DNA from: Ktedonobacteraceae bacterium
Lineage (GTDB): Bacteria; Chloroflexota; Ktedonobacteria; Ktedonobacterales; Ktedonobacteraceae
Reading direction: 5' to 3'
Assembly: GCA_035653615.1 (NCBI GenBank)
Contig: DASRBN010000037.1
Coordinates: forward strand, 39,736 to 63,735
Length of the DNA: 24,000 nucleotides
The notes under the pieces were generated by a model. It was not told where the DNA came from. It did no database searches and was given only the letters and a program-made list of their open reading frames with translations. A program made the translations under genes and the position numbers. Positions 8,431 through 16,039 of the stretch are shown one piece after another; the first letter of the stretch is position 1, and each line of letters begins with the position of its first letter.

Positions 8431-8573
8431 TCCTACGCGGGGTTGCCGAAAATATTTTGTGAAACCCATAATCCGGTCTCTACACCCTATTGCCGAAAGC
8501 TAGCCAATATGATTTAATGGAAGCATCTCAAAGTCGTTTTAGTGCTGAATTGGCACTTTGAAGGGATAGCAGC

Positions 8574-9080
8574 TTGAGTAGAGAGCAACAGACAGGGCGT
8601 ATCGCCGTCTATCCGGGCAGTTTCGACCCGCTCACCAATGGTCACCTTGATATCGCGCGGCGTGCCGCCCGCCTCTTTGATACGCTGATTGTGGCTGTCT
8701 ATGCCGTTCCTGAAAAGAATTTGCTCTTCACGGTTGAGGAGCGCCAGCAGCTCTGGCAAGAGGTGCTGGCCTCAGAAGACCTGCCCAATGTGCGGGTCGA
8801 CCATTTTACGCAACTGCTTGTAGAATATGTGCGTGAAGTAGGAGGGCACGTCGTTATCAAGGGATTGCGCTCGCCTAACGATTTTGAGTCTGAGTTCCAG
8901 CAAGGATTGATGAATCGAAAGCTAGCGCCGGAAATTGAAACCGTTTGCCTGCTGACGAATTTACAAAATCTCTTTGTGAGTTCTTCCCTGCTCAAGCAGG
9001 TTGCCCGCCTGGGAGGGGATGTGAGAGATATGCTCCCACCGCCGGTGTTGCGAGCATTACAAGCAAAATATGGTACGTAG
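8574..9080 (+). CDS. coaD: Phosphopantetheine adenylyltransferase
   Basis: 168 aa with a TTG start. AVYPGSFDPLTNGHLDI (the HxGH nucleotidyltransferase motif), VIKGLRSPNDFESEFQ and FVSSSLLKQVARLGGDV are present. Confidence 0.9.
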   Translation: MSREQQTGRIAVYPGSFDPLTNGHLDIARRAARLFDTLIVAVYAVPEKNLLFTVEERQQLWQEVLASEDLPNVRVDHFTQLLVEYVREVGGHVVIKGLRSPNDFESEFQQGLMNRKLAPEIETVCLLTNLQNLFVSSSLLKQVARLGGDVRDMLPPPVLRALQAKYGT

Positions 9081-9133
9081 TGCGTTCAGGCCGCTTGAAC
9101 TGGCAGCGGCGCAATTGGGCATGGAGAAAGAGC

Positions 9134-9772
9134 GTGGATATAGATATCCTCTACCTGGTAGATCGCTTAGAAAATCTCGTTACGGGCAGCCGTAGAATGC
9201 CTCTTACGAATCAGATTATGATTCGTGAATCTGATATCCTCAGCATTATTGATCAGATGCGCACATCCATCCCCGACGAAATCAAGCAGGCGCGACGCAT
9301 TATTCAGGATAAAGAGCGAATTATGGCCCAGGCTCAGGCTGACGCCAACAAGCTGATGGCACGAGCGCGCGAGGAGTCAGAACGAGCGATAAATCGCGAA
9401 GGGCTGTTGCGGGCAGCGGAGGAACGTTCGCAAGAAATGCTGCGGCAGGCCGAGGCGAGCGCGGAGCAACTGAAAACCGAGGCCGATGCCTATGTCGCGG
9501 AAACTCTGCGGGGGCTGCGCGACCACCTTGCCAGCATCGAGATGGAGGTTGGTCGCTCTATTTTAAGCATCGAAAAAGGTCTCGCCAGCCTGGAACTGTC
9601 ACCGGAAGAAGAGAACATGGAGGGCGAGGACGGCGGAGAATCCGGGGACGATTATGACGATTATGAGCAGCAGGCCAATGCATCCCCGCCGCGCCCCGTT
9701 CCACGGCGTTCTTCGCTGGCCGTTGATACCAGGGGCGGCCCGATGTATTCGCAGGATTCGAACTACCAATAG
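9134..9772 (+). CDS. Coiled-coil protein (ATP synthase b-like or DivIVA-like helical repeats) with an acidic C-terminal tail; function unknown
   Basis: This is the frame of ORF 8945..9772. I prefer the GTG at 9134 (VDIDILYLVDRLENL...), preceded by GGAG at 9123-9126, because the longer form overlaps coaD out of frame. The protein has an A/E/R/Q-rich helical core and an EEENMEGEDGGESGDDYDDYEQQ tail. Confidence 0.6.
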   Translation: MDIDILYLVDRLENLVTGSRRMPLTNQIMIRESDILSIIDQMRTSIPDEIKQARRIIQDKERIMAQAQADANKLMARAREESERAINREGLLRAAEERSQEMLRQAEASAEQLKTEADAYVAETLRGLRDHLASIEMEVGRSILSIEKGLASLELSPEEENMEGEDGGESGDDYDDYEQQANASPPRPVPRRSSLAVDTRGGPMYSQDSNYQ

Positions 9773-9978
9773 GGTCGTGAGCTTGCTCCTCCCTCGTCAG
9801 GATTTGCAAAGTCTGATTGTTCGGTTTCTGACAACCCAAATCGCTGAGCTAACAAGCTTCTGACTTCGCTCTTGTCGCTTCTAAAGCGGAACACTTCTGT
9901 CCTCTTTCTGTGGCATACTATCATGAAAAAGCAGGATGTCGTAAACATCCCAGATACTTCACATGAAAGAGGAAATAG

Positions 9979-10416
9979 ATGACTCAACAGACAACATTCC
10001 CGTCAGCCCATGCGCTCGTAGCGTATATCAATCCTGACCGATTGCATAAAAATCCGGCGTTTACCCAGGTGATTAGCGTCAGTGGACCCGTGAAAACCAT
10101 CTACGTCGGTGGTCAGAATGCAGTCGATGTGCAGGGAACCATTGTTGGCAAAGGAGATCTTAAAGCTCAGACCGCGCAGGTACTCGCTAATCTGCGCGAG
10201 GCACTCGCTGCTGCTGGAGCCGGGCCAGAGCATATCATTAAATGGAATATATTCCTGCTTCAGGGACAATCGCTGCAGGAAGGATTTGAAGCGTTTCAGC
10301 AGTTCTGGGGGCTTCGTCCCAATCCGCCTACCATTACTATGGCATATGTCTCCGGGCTGGGGAACCCGGACTTTCTCATCGAAATGGATGCGGTTGCGGT
10401 TGTTCCGCTTGCCTGA
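9979..10416 (+). CDS. RidA/YjgF/UK114-family protein
   Basis: 145 aa. IYVGGQNAVDVQGTIVGKGDLKAQTAQVLANLREALAAAGAGPEHIIK and the C-terminal LIEMDAVAV are typical of RidA-family proteins. RBS AGAGGAAA is upstream. Confidence 0.85.
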   Translation: MTQQTTFPSAHALVAYINPDRLHKNPAFTQVISVSGPVKTIYVGGQNAVDVQGTIVGKGDLKAQTAQVLANLREALAAAGAGPEHIIKWNIFLLQGQSLQEGFEAFQQFWGLRPNPPTITMAYVSGLGNPDFLIEMDAVAVVPLA

Positions 10417-10915
10417 AGAAACATGAATCATCCCAGATTTTTGGGGAAAAGCTGAGCTAGCCAAAGCATCGCTCCTTCAACTTCACAGCAATCCACGTCG
10501 CTCACTGTCGAAGCGTATCAATAGTATCCGCGAACGGTTATGGCCTTATGGACTCGATATCGTCAATAGAGAGATCAGGGATATACTTTACTTGCCAGCT
10601 CTGTATCTACACAGCAGGCAGTAAGATCATAGCTTTGGGTCCTCAGACAGGAGACCGGCTTGGGCAACAAACGCATCCTACTCCTCGGATGTGACAGAAA
10701 GATATGTAGTGGCACCCCTGGCGGGAACCCTGTCTGGGGAGACAAGTAACCAGGCTCGTCCGTCCACGTGAAAGGGGTCAGTCCACTACCTATGGATGTA
10801 GACTTCGCTGTATAGCTCTACATTCTGGAGAGGGATTGAAAAGTCTTCCCAGCTGGAGGCGCAACGAATCTGGCCCTACACTCCTCGAGGGGTACTGACC
10901 TGTCGCACAAAGGCC

Positions 10916-10944
10916 TTGACACCCTCAACACACTGGCCTATAAT
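10916..10944 (+). promoter_or_regulatory. Consensus sigma70 promoter (TTGACA, 17 nt, TATAAT)
   Basis: TTGACA at 10916-10921, a 17-nt spacer at 10922-10938 and TATAAT at 10939-10944. Both hexamers are perfect. The predicted TSS is near 10951, upstream of DUF177-rpmF. Confidence 0.65.
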
Positions 10945-11085
10945 GTGCAAGCACAGGATTTGAGCGTCTTCTTCATCGTGCCATCTACCTACCAGCAAGG
11001 AGATTGTAAGGAAAAACGAAATGGAATGCGCCACCGCCATGTTTTATTTTATGTAATAGCCATATAATCTGATTATGGGTATGAA

Positions 11086-11634
11086 ATGATGGAGGGTTTG
11101 ACAGTGTTTTACAACGTGGCGCAGCTAATGAAGGCTCCAGTAGGGACTGCATTAGTCGATGATTTTCATGAAGAAGATGTTCAACTCGATGACGATATCA
11201 AGGTGATTGGCCCGATTGATGGGCATGTACGCATGCGCCGTACTAACCAGGGGTTGCTGGTTGATGGTTGGGCTGACCTCACGCTTGAACTTTCTTGCAC
11301 CCGCTGTTTGAAGACATTCGAGCAGCCAATGCATGTGAATTTTGAAGAACAGTTTTATCCAACTGTCGATGTCGTGACCGGTATGCCTCTGCCTCCATTT
11401 GACGAGGAAGAGATTTTTCCTATCGATGATCACCATCAAATCGATCTTACCGAAATGCTCCGGCAGGATGTACTACTTGCGCTTCCGATAGTGACGCTAT
11501 GCCAGGAGGATTGTAAGGGACTTTGCTCGCAGTGCGGGTGCGATCTGAATCTTGGCACTTGTGCATGCGAACCAGAGGTCGATACACGATTCAGCGTACT
11601 GGAAAAATTGCTACAAAACGGATCGCAATCATAA
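11086..11634 (+). CDS. YceD/DUF177 family protein (large-subunit rRNA/ribosome-associated, normally precedes rpmF)
   Basis: 182 aa. The C-terminal cysteine cluster CQEDCKGLCSQCGCDLNLGTCAC and the conserved position upstream of L32 support the call. The start is ambiguous: ATG at 11086/11089, or GTG at 11104, which has a better SD (GGAGGG at 11091-11096). Confidence 0.85.
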   Translation: MMEGLTVFYNVAQLMKAPVGTALVDDFHEEDVQLDDDIKVIGPIDGHVRMRRTNQGLLVDGWADLTLELSCTRCLKTFEQPMHVNFEEQFYPTVDVVTGMPLPPFDEEEIFPIDDHHQIDLTEMLRQDVLLALPIVTLCQEDCKGLCSQCGCDLNLGTCACEPEVDTRFSVLEKLLQNGSQS

Positions 11635-11686
11635 CAAATTGTAGGGCGTCACCGGCGCCCAGGAAAGGAAGAGGAGGGAATAAACT

Positions 11687-11878
11687 ATGGGAGCGTTACC
11701 TAAACAACGAGTCTCGCACGCGCGCCAGGGCGAGCGACGCGCACATCATCACCTGGACTTGCCACAGCTGGTCCTGTGCCCTAACTGCAAGAAACCGCGT
11801 CTTTCCCATCACGCCTGCCCAAATTGTGGGATGTATCGCGGACGCCAGGTCTTTTATCCTAAAGCAGATAAGAAGTAA
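11687..11878 (+). CDS. rpmF: 50S ribosomal protein L32
   Basis: 63 aa. ALPKQRVSHARQGERRAH plus the zinc-ribbon CPNC...CPNCG. RBS GGAGGG is upstream. Confidence 0.95.
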   Translation: MGALPKQRVSHARQGERRAHHHLDLPQLVLCPNCKKPRLSHHACPNCGMYRGRQVFYPKADKK

Positions 11879-11891
11879 ATACACGAGTTGA

Positions 11892-11920
11892 GAGGCAGGA
11901 GGCCATTCCTGCCTCGTCTT
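11892..11920 (+). terminator. Hairpin with a weak U-tract after rpmF (partial terminator or attenuator before fabD)
   Basis: GAGGCAGGA (11892-11900), loop GGCCAT, TCCTGCCTC (11907-11915), then GTCTTTATT. Confidence 0.45.
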
Positions 11921-11939
11921 TATTCAAGAGTGAAGCAGC

Positions 11940-12965
11940 ATGACAATTCCTGTCGCCTTTCTTTTTCCAGGTCAGGGTAGCCAGTCTGTAGGGATGGGAG
12001 CGGATATCTTTGCGCAATCTCCGGCAGCGCGGCAGGTCTTTGAAGAGGTAGACGAAGCGCTCGGCTTCTCACTCAGCAATCTTTGTTTTAATGGGCCGGA
12101 AGATGTGCTGCGTGAGACGATTAATGCCCAACCGGCGATAGTGACCGTGAGCCTGGCACTGTTAGCGGCCTTACAAGAATCGCTTTCTCCCGATTATTCC
12201 TGGTCTTCGCCGCTCGTTCCCAGCTATACTGCCGGTCACAGCGTGGGTGAATACACGGCGCTTGTCGCTTCCGGTGCCATAGACTTGCGCAGCGCTGTTA
12301 CCCTGGTACGCGAACGAGGTCGCCTGATGCACCATGAGGGAACAGTCTGCCCAGGAGGGATGGCGGCTATCATCGGCATGGACGAGGAGACATTACGGGA
12401 GATTTGCCGGCAGGCAACGGCGGATTCGGTCGCGAATCTTCCACCACATGCTCACCCTGGGCAGGGACAGGTAGTCATCGCCAATTATAACGCGCCAGGA
12501 CAAATCGTCATTTCGGGCGAACAGGATGCCTTAGCCCTGGCGATGGAACTGGCAAAAGTACGCGGCGCGAAACGCGTTATCACGCTGGATGTCAGTGGGG
12601 CCTTTCATTCACCGGTGATGCAGCCGGCGGCAGCTGGTCTTGCGCAGGCGGTGGCCGCAACAACTATCCACGATGCCACTATACCCGTCATCGGCAATAT
12701 CAACGCACTGCCTTTGACCGGCGCGCAGGCTATTCGAGAAGAATTGACACAGCAGATTGCCTCATCAGTGCAATGGACGCGCACTATTGAACTGCTGGTG
12801 AGCGTGGGAGTGACCACGTTCCTTGAAATTGGTCCGGGCCAGGCCTTAGCAGGTATGGTGAAACGGATCGCCAAGGGTACCACGACGTTGAATGTTGGCA
12901 ATGCGGCAGATATTGAAAAAGTGGTGGGTATCTTGCATGAAATGGGTCTCCGATCTGAGTTATAA
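11940..12965 (+). CDS. fabD: Malonyl-CoA:ACP transacylase
   Basis: 341 aa. FLFPGQGSQSVGMG, active-site GHSVGEYTAL, and VSGAFHSPVM are present. Confidence 0.9.
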   Translation: MTIPVAFLFPGQGSQSVGMGADIFAQSPAARQVFEEVDEALGFSLSNLCFNGPEDVLRETINAQPAIVTVSLALLAALQESLSPDYSWSSPLVPSYTAGHSVGEYTALVASGAIDLRSAVTLVRERGRLMHHEGTVCPGGMAAIIGMDEETLREICRQATADSVANLPPHAHPGQGQVVIANYNAPGQIVISGEQDALALAMELAKVRGAKRVITLDVSGAFHSPVMQPAAAGLAQAVAATTIHDATIPVIGNINALPLTGAQAIREELTQQIASSVQWTRTIELLVSVGVTTFLEIGPGQALAGMVKRIAKGTTTLNVGNAADIEKVVGILHEMGLRSEL

Positions 12966-13038
12966 TTTAGAAAAGAGGTTGCCCTACCGGTACTGAGAAG
13001 GTAGTCTAAACAGATTGGTTTCCCGAAGGATTGAAAAC

Positions 13039-13068
13039 TTGACAAGCATATGCAAAAGTGGCTATCTT
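13039..13068 (+). promoter_or_regulatory. Candidate sigma70 promoter for asp23-nusB-acpP
   Basis: Perfect -35 TTGACA at 13039-13044, an 18-nt spacer, and the -10-like TATCTT at 13063-13068. Confidence 0.35.
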
Positions 13069-13190
13069 AGCAGTATGAGGGCAGGTTTTTCTGAGTGTAC
13101 GCGAGTGAAGTAAGTTCGCGGCCCATTGTATGATGTGTGGTTAGATAGGCGGGGACGGAGCAAGCTCGCGCCCCTACTTAAAGGATTTTG

Positions 13191-13523
13191 ATGTCAACAG
13201 AATCGCCGGGTGTCGTGCGAGTTGCGCGGCAGGTGCTTACAACCATTGTGATCAATGCGGCATTACAGGTTCCGGGTGTTGTGCGCATGGCGCAGGCTAC
13301 GGATCAATGGTCGCGCTTTCTGGGGCGCGAGGTACCCAGGCAGGGTGTCAGCCTGACCATCAAAGATACTACTGTCTCTGCAGACCTCTATATTGTTGTG
13401 GCAACGGGCGTGCGAGTCGTCGACGTAGGCTCGGCTATCCAGGAAGAAGTCGCCGCGGCAATTGAACATATGGTTGGAATGCAGGTACGCGAGGTGAATG
13501 TCTATGTTCAAGATGTCGCCTGA
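13191..13523 (+). CDS. Asp23/Gls24-family envelope/alkaline-shock stress protein
   Basis: About 110 aa. ARQVLTTIVINAALQVPGVVRM...VNVYVQDV is typical of the Asp23 family. Its position directly upstream of nusB mirrors Bacillus yqhY-nusB. Confidence 0.85.
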   Translation: MSTESPGVVRVARQVLTTIVINAALQVPGVVRMAQATDQWSRFLGREVPRQGVSLTIKDTTVSADLYIVVATGVRVVDVGSAIQEEVAAAIEHMVGMQVREVNVYVQDVA

Positions 13524-13631
13524 GCGTAGAGGCGCACCCTTGTGGTCGCCGGTTCCATTGAGCATTCGCACCGGGGGCGATCGCGAAGGTTTACAAGATA
13601 TCGCCCCTACAAGCAATCCTGTGAGGATAGT

Positions 13632-14078
13632 ATGCCAATAGGGATACGCAGACAAGCACGTATGATCGCACTGCAAACGCTCTACGAATATGACACGGCT
13701 CAACATGCGCCTGATGAGGTCCTGCAGCGGCATGCCGAGGAGCGTCATCTGCAACCAAAAGTGGTTGAATACGCGAGCGAATTGATCATAGGTGTGTGCG
13801 ATCATCTTGCTGAGATCGATGCGCATATACAAAGTGCGGCGCGCGAATGGCCATTACAGCAGATGGCCCGAATTGATAAAAATATTCTCAGACTTGCAAT
13901 CTACGAAATTCTGTTTAATAATACGGTACCAGCAAAGGCTGCTATTAACGAAGCGGTGGAGTTGGCCAAGATCTTTGGCAGCAATACTTCGAGCCGCTTT
14001 ATTAATGGCGTCCTCGGTACAATATTTAATAGGGCACAACAGCAGCCCACCCCAATTGCTGAAAGTGAGGTGAAATAG
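13632..14078 (+). CDS. nusB: Transcription antitermination factor NusB
   Basis: This is the frame of ORF 13542..14078. I prefer the ATG at 13632 ([21 protein letters not shown]...), which has GAGGA upstream. RLAIYEILF...[15 protein letters not shown]...SRFINGVLG are NusB hallmarks. Confidence 0.9.
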   Translation: MPIGIRRQARMIALQTLYEYDTAQHAPDEVLQRHAEERHLQPKVVEYASELIIGVCDHLAEIDAHIQSAAREWPLQQMARIDKNILRLAIYEILFNNTVPAKAAINEAVELAKIFGSNTSSRFINGVLGTIFNRAQQQPTPIAESEVK

Positions 14079-14314
14079 TGGCTACAGTTTCAGAACGGTT
14101 GAAGAAGATTATTGTTGACCAGCTCGGCGTAGATGAGAGCGAGGTCGTTCCAAGCGCATCTTTCGTCGAGGATCTGAATGCCGATTCTCTTGACCTGGTT
14201 GAGTTAATTATGTCCCTAGAAGAGGAATTCAAACTTCAGATTTCCGATGAGGACGCCGAGAAGATCACGACGGTGCAAGAGGCCGAAGATTATATCGAAG
14301 AACATTTGCGATAA
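14078..14314 (+). CDS. acpP: Acyl carrier protein
   Basis: 78 aa. LGVDESEV...[23 protein letters not shown] carries the DSLD phosphopantetheine-attachment serine motif. The GTG start overlaps the nusB TAG stop by 1 nt (TAGTG). Confidence 0.92.
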   Translation: MATVSERLKKIIVDQLGVDESEVVPSASFVEDLNADSLDLVELIMSLEEEFKLQISDEDAEKITTVQEAEDYIEEHLR

Positions 14315-14321
14315 TTTAGAA

Positions 14322-14407
14322 TTTTCATAGTCTGAGAAACGCAGGTATGTAGGAATGAGATCCGCGGATCTCATTCCTACATACCTGCGTTTCTCAGACT
14401 ATGAAAA
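14322..14407. repeat. Perfect 86-bp palindrome (two 43-nt arms, no spacer, centre CCGCGG)
   Basis: Checked base by base: position p is complementary to position 28729-p for every p from 14322 to 14364. The first mismatch is at 14321/14408. The left arm is TTTTCATAGTCTGAGAAACGCAGGTATGTAGGAATGAGATCCG. Confidence 0.95.
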
Positions 14408-14513
14408 AATCCTTTCTGTTTCTGAATTCACGTATTTGGATGTCACATTCCTCCATCGTCATGCATCTTCATTAGTACACGCGTAAGTGAGACGCGAACG
14501 AAACGAGTAGGTA

Positions 14514-15299
14514 GTGGAAACAATACCTGCTGCTCAAGCAGTAGAAACGCTTATTCAAGAATACGGCAAGCTGGTCTTCCATACCATTTATGGCTTGACA
14601 GGCGACTGGGAGGAAAGCGAAGACCTGACTCAGGATACGTTCCACCAGGCCTTGAAGTCGATTGACGCGGCTCGTGCCAAAAGCGGTGATGAGTTTCACG
14701 CCAAGGCCTGGCTGTTACGCATTGCCTTAAATACTGTCCGTATGCAAAGGCGGCGGCGAGCCATTTTCCGCTTCATTCCTTTCTCGCTGGTGCAGAGGGA
14801 AGAGCAGAAAGAAAAAGGGTATGAATCAGATACGGATGTGCTGAATGAGCGCGCGGCACCACTACAACCGGCCGGCTACGGCGCAGTTGAGGGGGTTGAC
14901 CTCGAAACGTTCGTGGCAGAGCGGGATGCCGTTCAAAGAACGATGGCGCATCTCACAGAGAATTTACGTCTCTGTCTCTTGCTCTCGGTGGTCGCTCGTC
15001 TCTCAACGCCAGAGATAGCTGAAATGCTGCATCTTGAGGAGTCAGCGGTGCGCCAGCGCCTGGCACGAGCGCGCAAGCAGTTCCAGCACTTTTACGCGCT
15101 TGAGAGCGATGAAGAAATCGTTGACGACGCAAAAGCCGCCCGCAATGCGGATGCGGCACAAAAGCATCCAGACAGGCAACAAAAACATCTGGAGCGGGTT
15201 GAGAGCCACTCAGCAATGGATATTTCTCAGCCCTCGCCGCTGTGGAGGAACCATGCAGAACGACTCTATCGAGACCCTGCTGTTACGCCACTATGGTAG
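14514..15299 (+). CDS. ECF-type sigma-70 family RNA polymerase sigma factor with a long linker and C-terminal extension
   Basis: 261 aa with a GTG start. Region 2 is LVFHTIYGLTGDWEESEDLTQDTFHQALKS...WLLRIALNTV. Region 4 HTH is LSTPEIAEMLHLEESAVRQRLARARKQF. About 65 aa follow region 4. Confidence 0.8.
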   Translation: METIPAAQAVETLIQEYGKLVFHTIYGLTGDWEESEDLTQDTFHQALKSIDAARAKSGDEFHAKAWLLRIALNTVRMQRRRRAIFRFIPFSLVQREEQKEKGYESDTDVLNERAAPLQPAGYGAVEGVDLETFVAERDAVQRTMAHLTENLRLCLLLSVVARLSTPEIAEMLHLEESAVRQRLARARKQFQHFYALESDEEIVDDAKAARNADAAQKHPDRQQKHLERVESHSAMDISQPSPLWRNHAERLYRDPAVTPLW

Positions 15300-15537
15300 T
15301 ACAGCGCAAGCGCCCGCTTACCTGGAAGAGCAACTGCGCACTTCGGTGCGCCGGCAGGCGGCTGCCATGCGCAAAAAGGAACGCGAGGCGACTGCCCTGA
15401 TGCAGCGGCGCTTTAGCCGCCGCCAGGTGATGCGGCTCGTGGTTGGTCTTGGCACATCGAGTATCGGCGTAGCGAGCCTGCACGCGCTTGAAACAGCCTT
15501 GCCCGCCTCGAAAGTTGCGCAGCCTGCCTATTCGTGA
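15253..15537 (+). CDS. Small single-pass membrane protein, putative cognate anti-sigma factor
   Basis: This is the frame of ORF 15034..15537. I prefer the ATG at 15253, preceded by GGAGGA (15244-15249), giving 94 aa. A hydrophobic segment LVVGLGTSSIGVASL follows RRFSRRQVMR. It overlaps the sigma gene by 47 nt. No zinc anti-sigma motif is present, so the function is inferred from position only. Confidence 0.4.
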   Translation: MQNDSIETLLLRHYGSTAQAPAYLEEQLRTSVRRQAAAMRKKEREATALMQRRFSRRQVMRLVVGLGTSSIGVASLHALETALPASKVAQPAYS

Positions 15538-15657
15538 AGCGTCGTTTGCAATAGTCCATTTGTCGTATTTTAGCGTAGTATTCTGTTGAAGAGGGGACCA
15601 TACGAGTAGCCCCCTACACAGTACGTAGACCATACAGATTCAGAAAGGATACCTACC

Positions 15658-15984
15658 ATGCCATTCGGATTTCACGGACTCGACCTCGTCGTTATTCTCG
15701 TTATCGCGCTGCTGATCTTCGGCCCCAAAAAGCTGCCGGAGATGGGCGCTTCCATCGGTAAGAGCATCAAAGAGTTCCAGAAAGGGATGAAAGAAGTCAC
15801 AGGTCATAAAGATGACGATGACGACGATGACGACGAAGAGGAGGCACATCCCATCAGCTCTAAGGATATGAAGAAACTGAAGAGCAAGGTCAGCACCGAG
15901 CCTGCCCCCAAGTCCAGTGTCAGCGAAATGAGTAGCCCGGCCGAGCCTGCCAGCCCGGAAGTCAGTGAAGTTCATGTCGACTAA
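15658..15984 (+). CDS. tatA: Twin-arginine translocase subunit TatA/E with an acidic, low-complexity C-terminal tail
   Basis: 108 aa. The N-terminus LVVILVIALLIFGPKKLPEMGASIGKSIKEFQKGMKE is the canonical TatA transmembrane-hinge-amphipathic helix. It is followed by D8E3. Confidence 0.9.
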   Translation: MPFGFHGLDLVVILVIALLIFGPKKLPEMGASIGKSIKEFQKGMKEVTGHKDDDDDDDDEEEAHPISSKDMKKLKSKVSTEPAPKSSVSEMSSPAEPASPEVSEVHVD

Positions 15985-16039
15985 TGTTGGTTGCTCGTAA
16001 CATAGGGCAGGCCCATAACCTGCCCCTACAGGAGAAGCT

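Noticed and set aside
8945-9133. Long N-terminal version of the coiled-coil ORF (start 8945)
   Set aside because: It overlaps the last 136 nt of coaD out of frame and has an Arg/Trp/Cys-rich shadow-frame composition. The GTG at 9134 has a GGAG SD and begins the helical sequence.
10465-10915. Tested the ORF-free region against RNase P RNA, tmRNA, SRP RNA and tRNA
   Set aside because: ACAGGAGACCGGCTTGGG (10647-10664) superficially recalls the RNase P P4 3' strand, and GTGAAAGGGG recalls the J11/12 area. However, the order is wrong, and no GAGGAAAGUCC-type P4 5' strand, tmRNA GGUUCGAnUCC...CCA end, SRP GGAAGCAGC helix-8 motif or tRNA T-loop is present on either strand.
11021-11056. 11-codon mini-ORF MECATAMFYFM as a stand-alone gene
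   Set aside because: It is too short to call as a gene from sequence alone. It is retained only as a component of the leader hypothesis.
12605-13045. 146-aa minus-strand ORF
   Set aside because: It is antisense to the 3' end of fabD and looks like a shadow frame.
13542-13631. Upstream 30-codon extension of nusB
   Set aside because: The extension (MVAGSIEHSHRGRSRRFTRYRPYKQSCEDS) is not NusB-like. The ATG at 13632, with an upstream GAGGA, gives a protein of canonical length.
13263-13832. 189-aa minus-strand ORF
   Set aside because: It is antisense to asp23 and nusB, both of which have strong family signatures. It has no SD or recognisable motif.
15034-15252. Long form (167 aa) of the post-sigma ORF
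   Set aside because: The first 73 codons are an alternate frame of the sigma factor region 4. The composition is a shadow-frame artefact, and a strong SD sits in front of the ATG at 15253.
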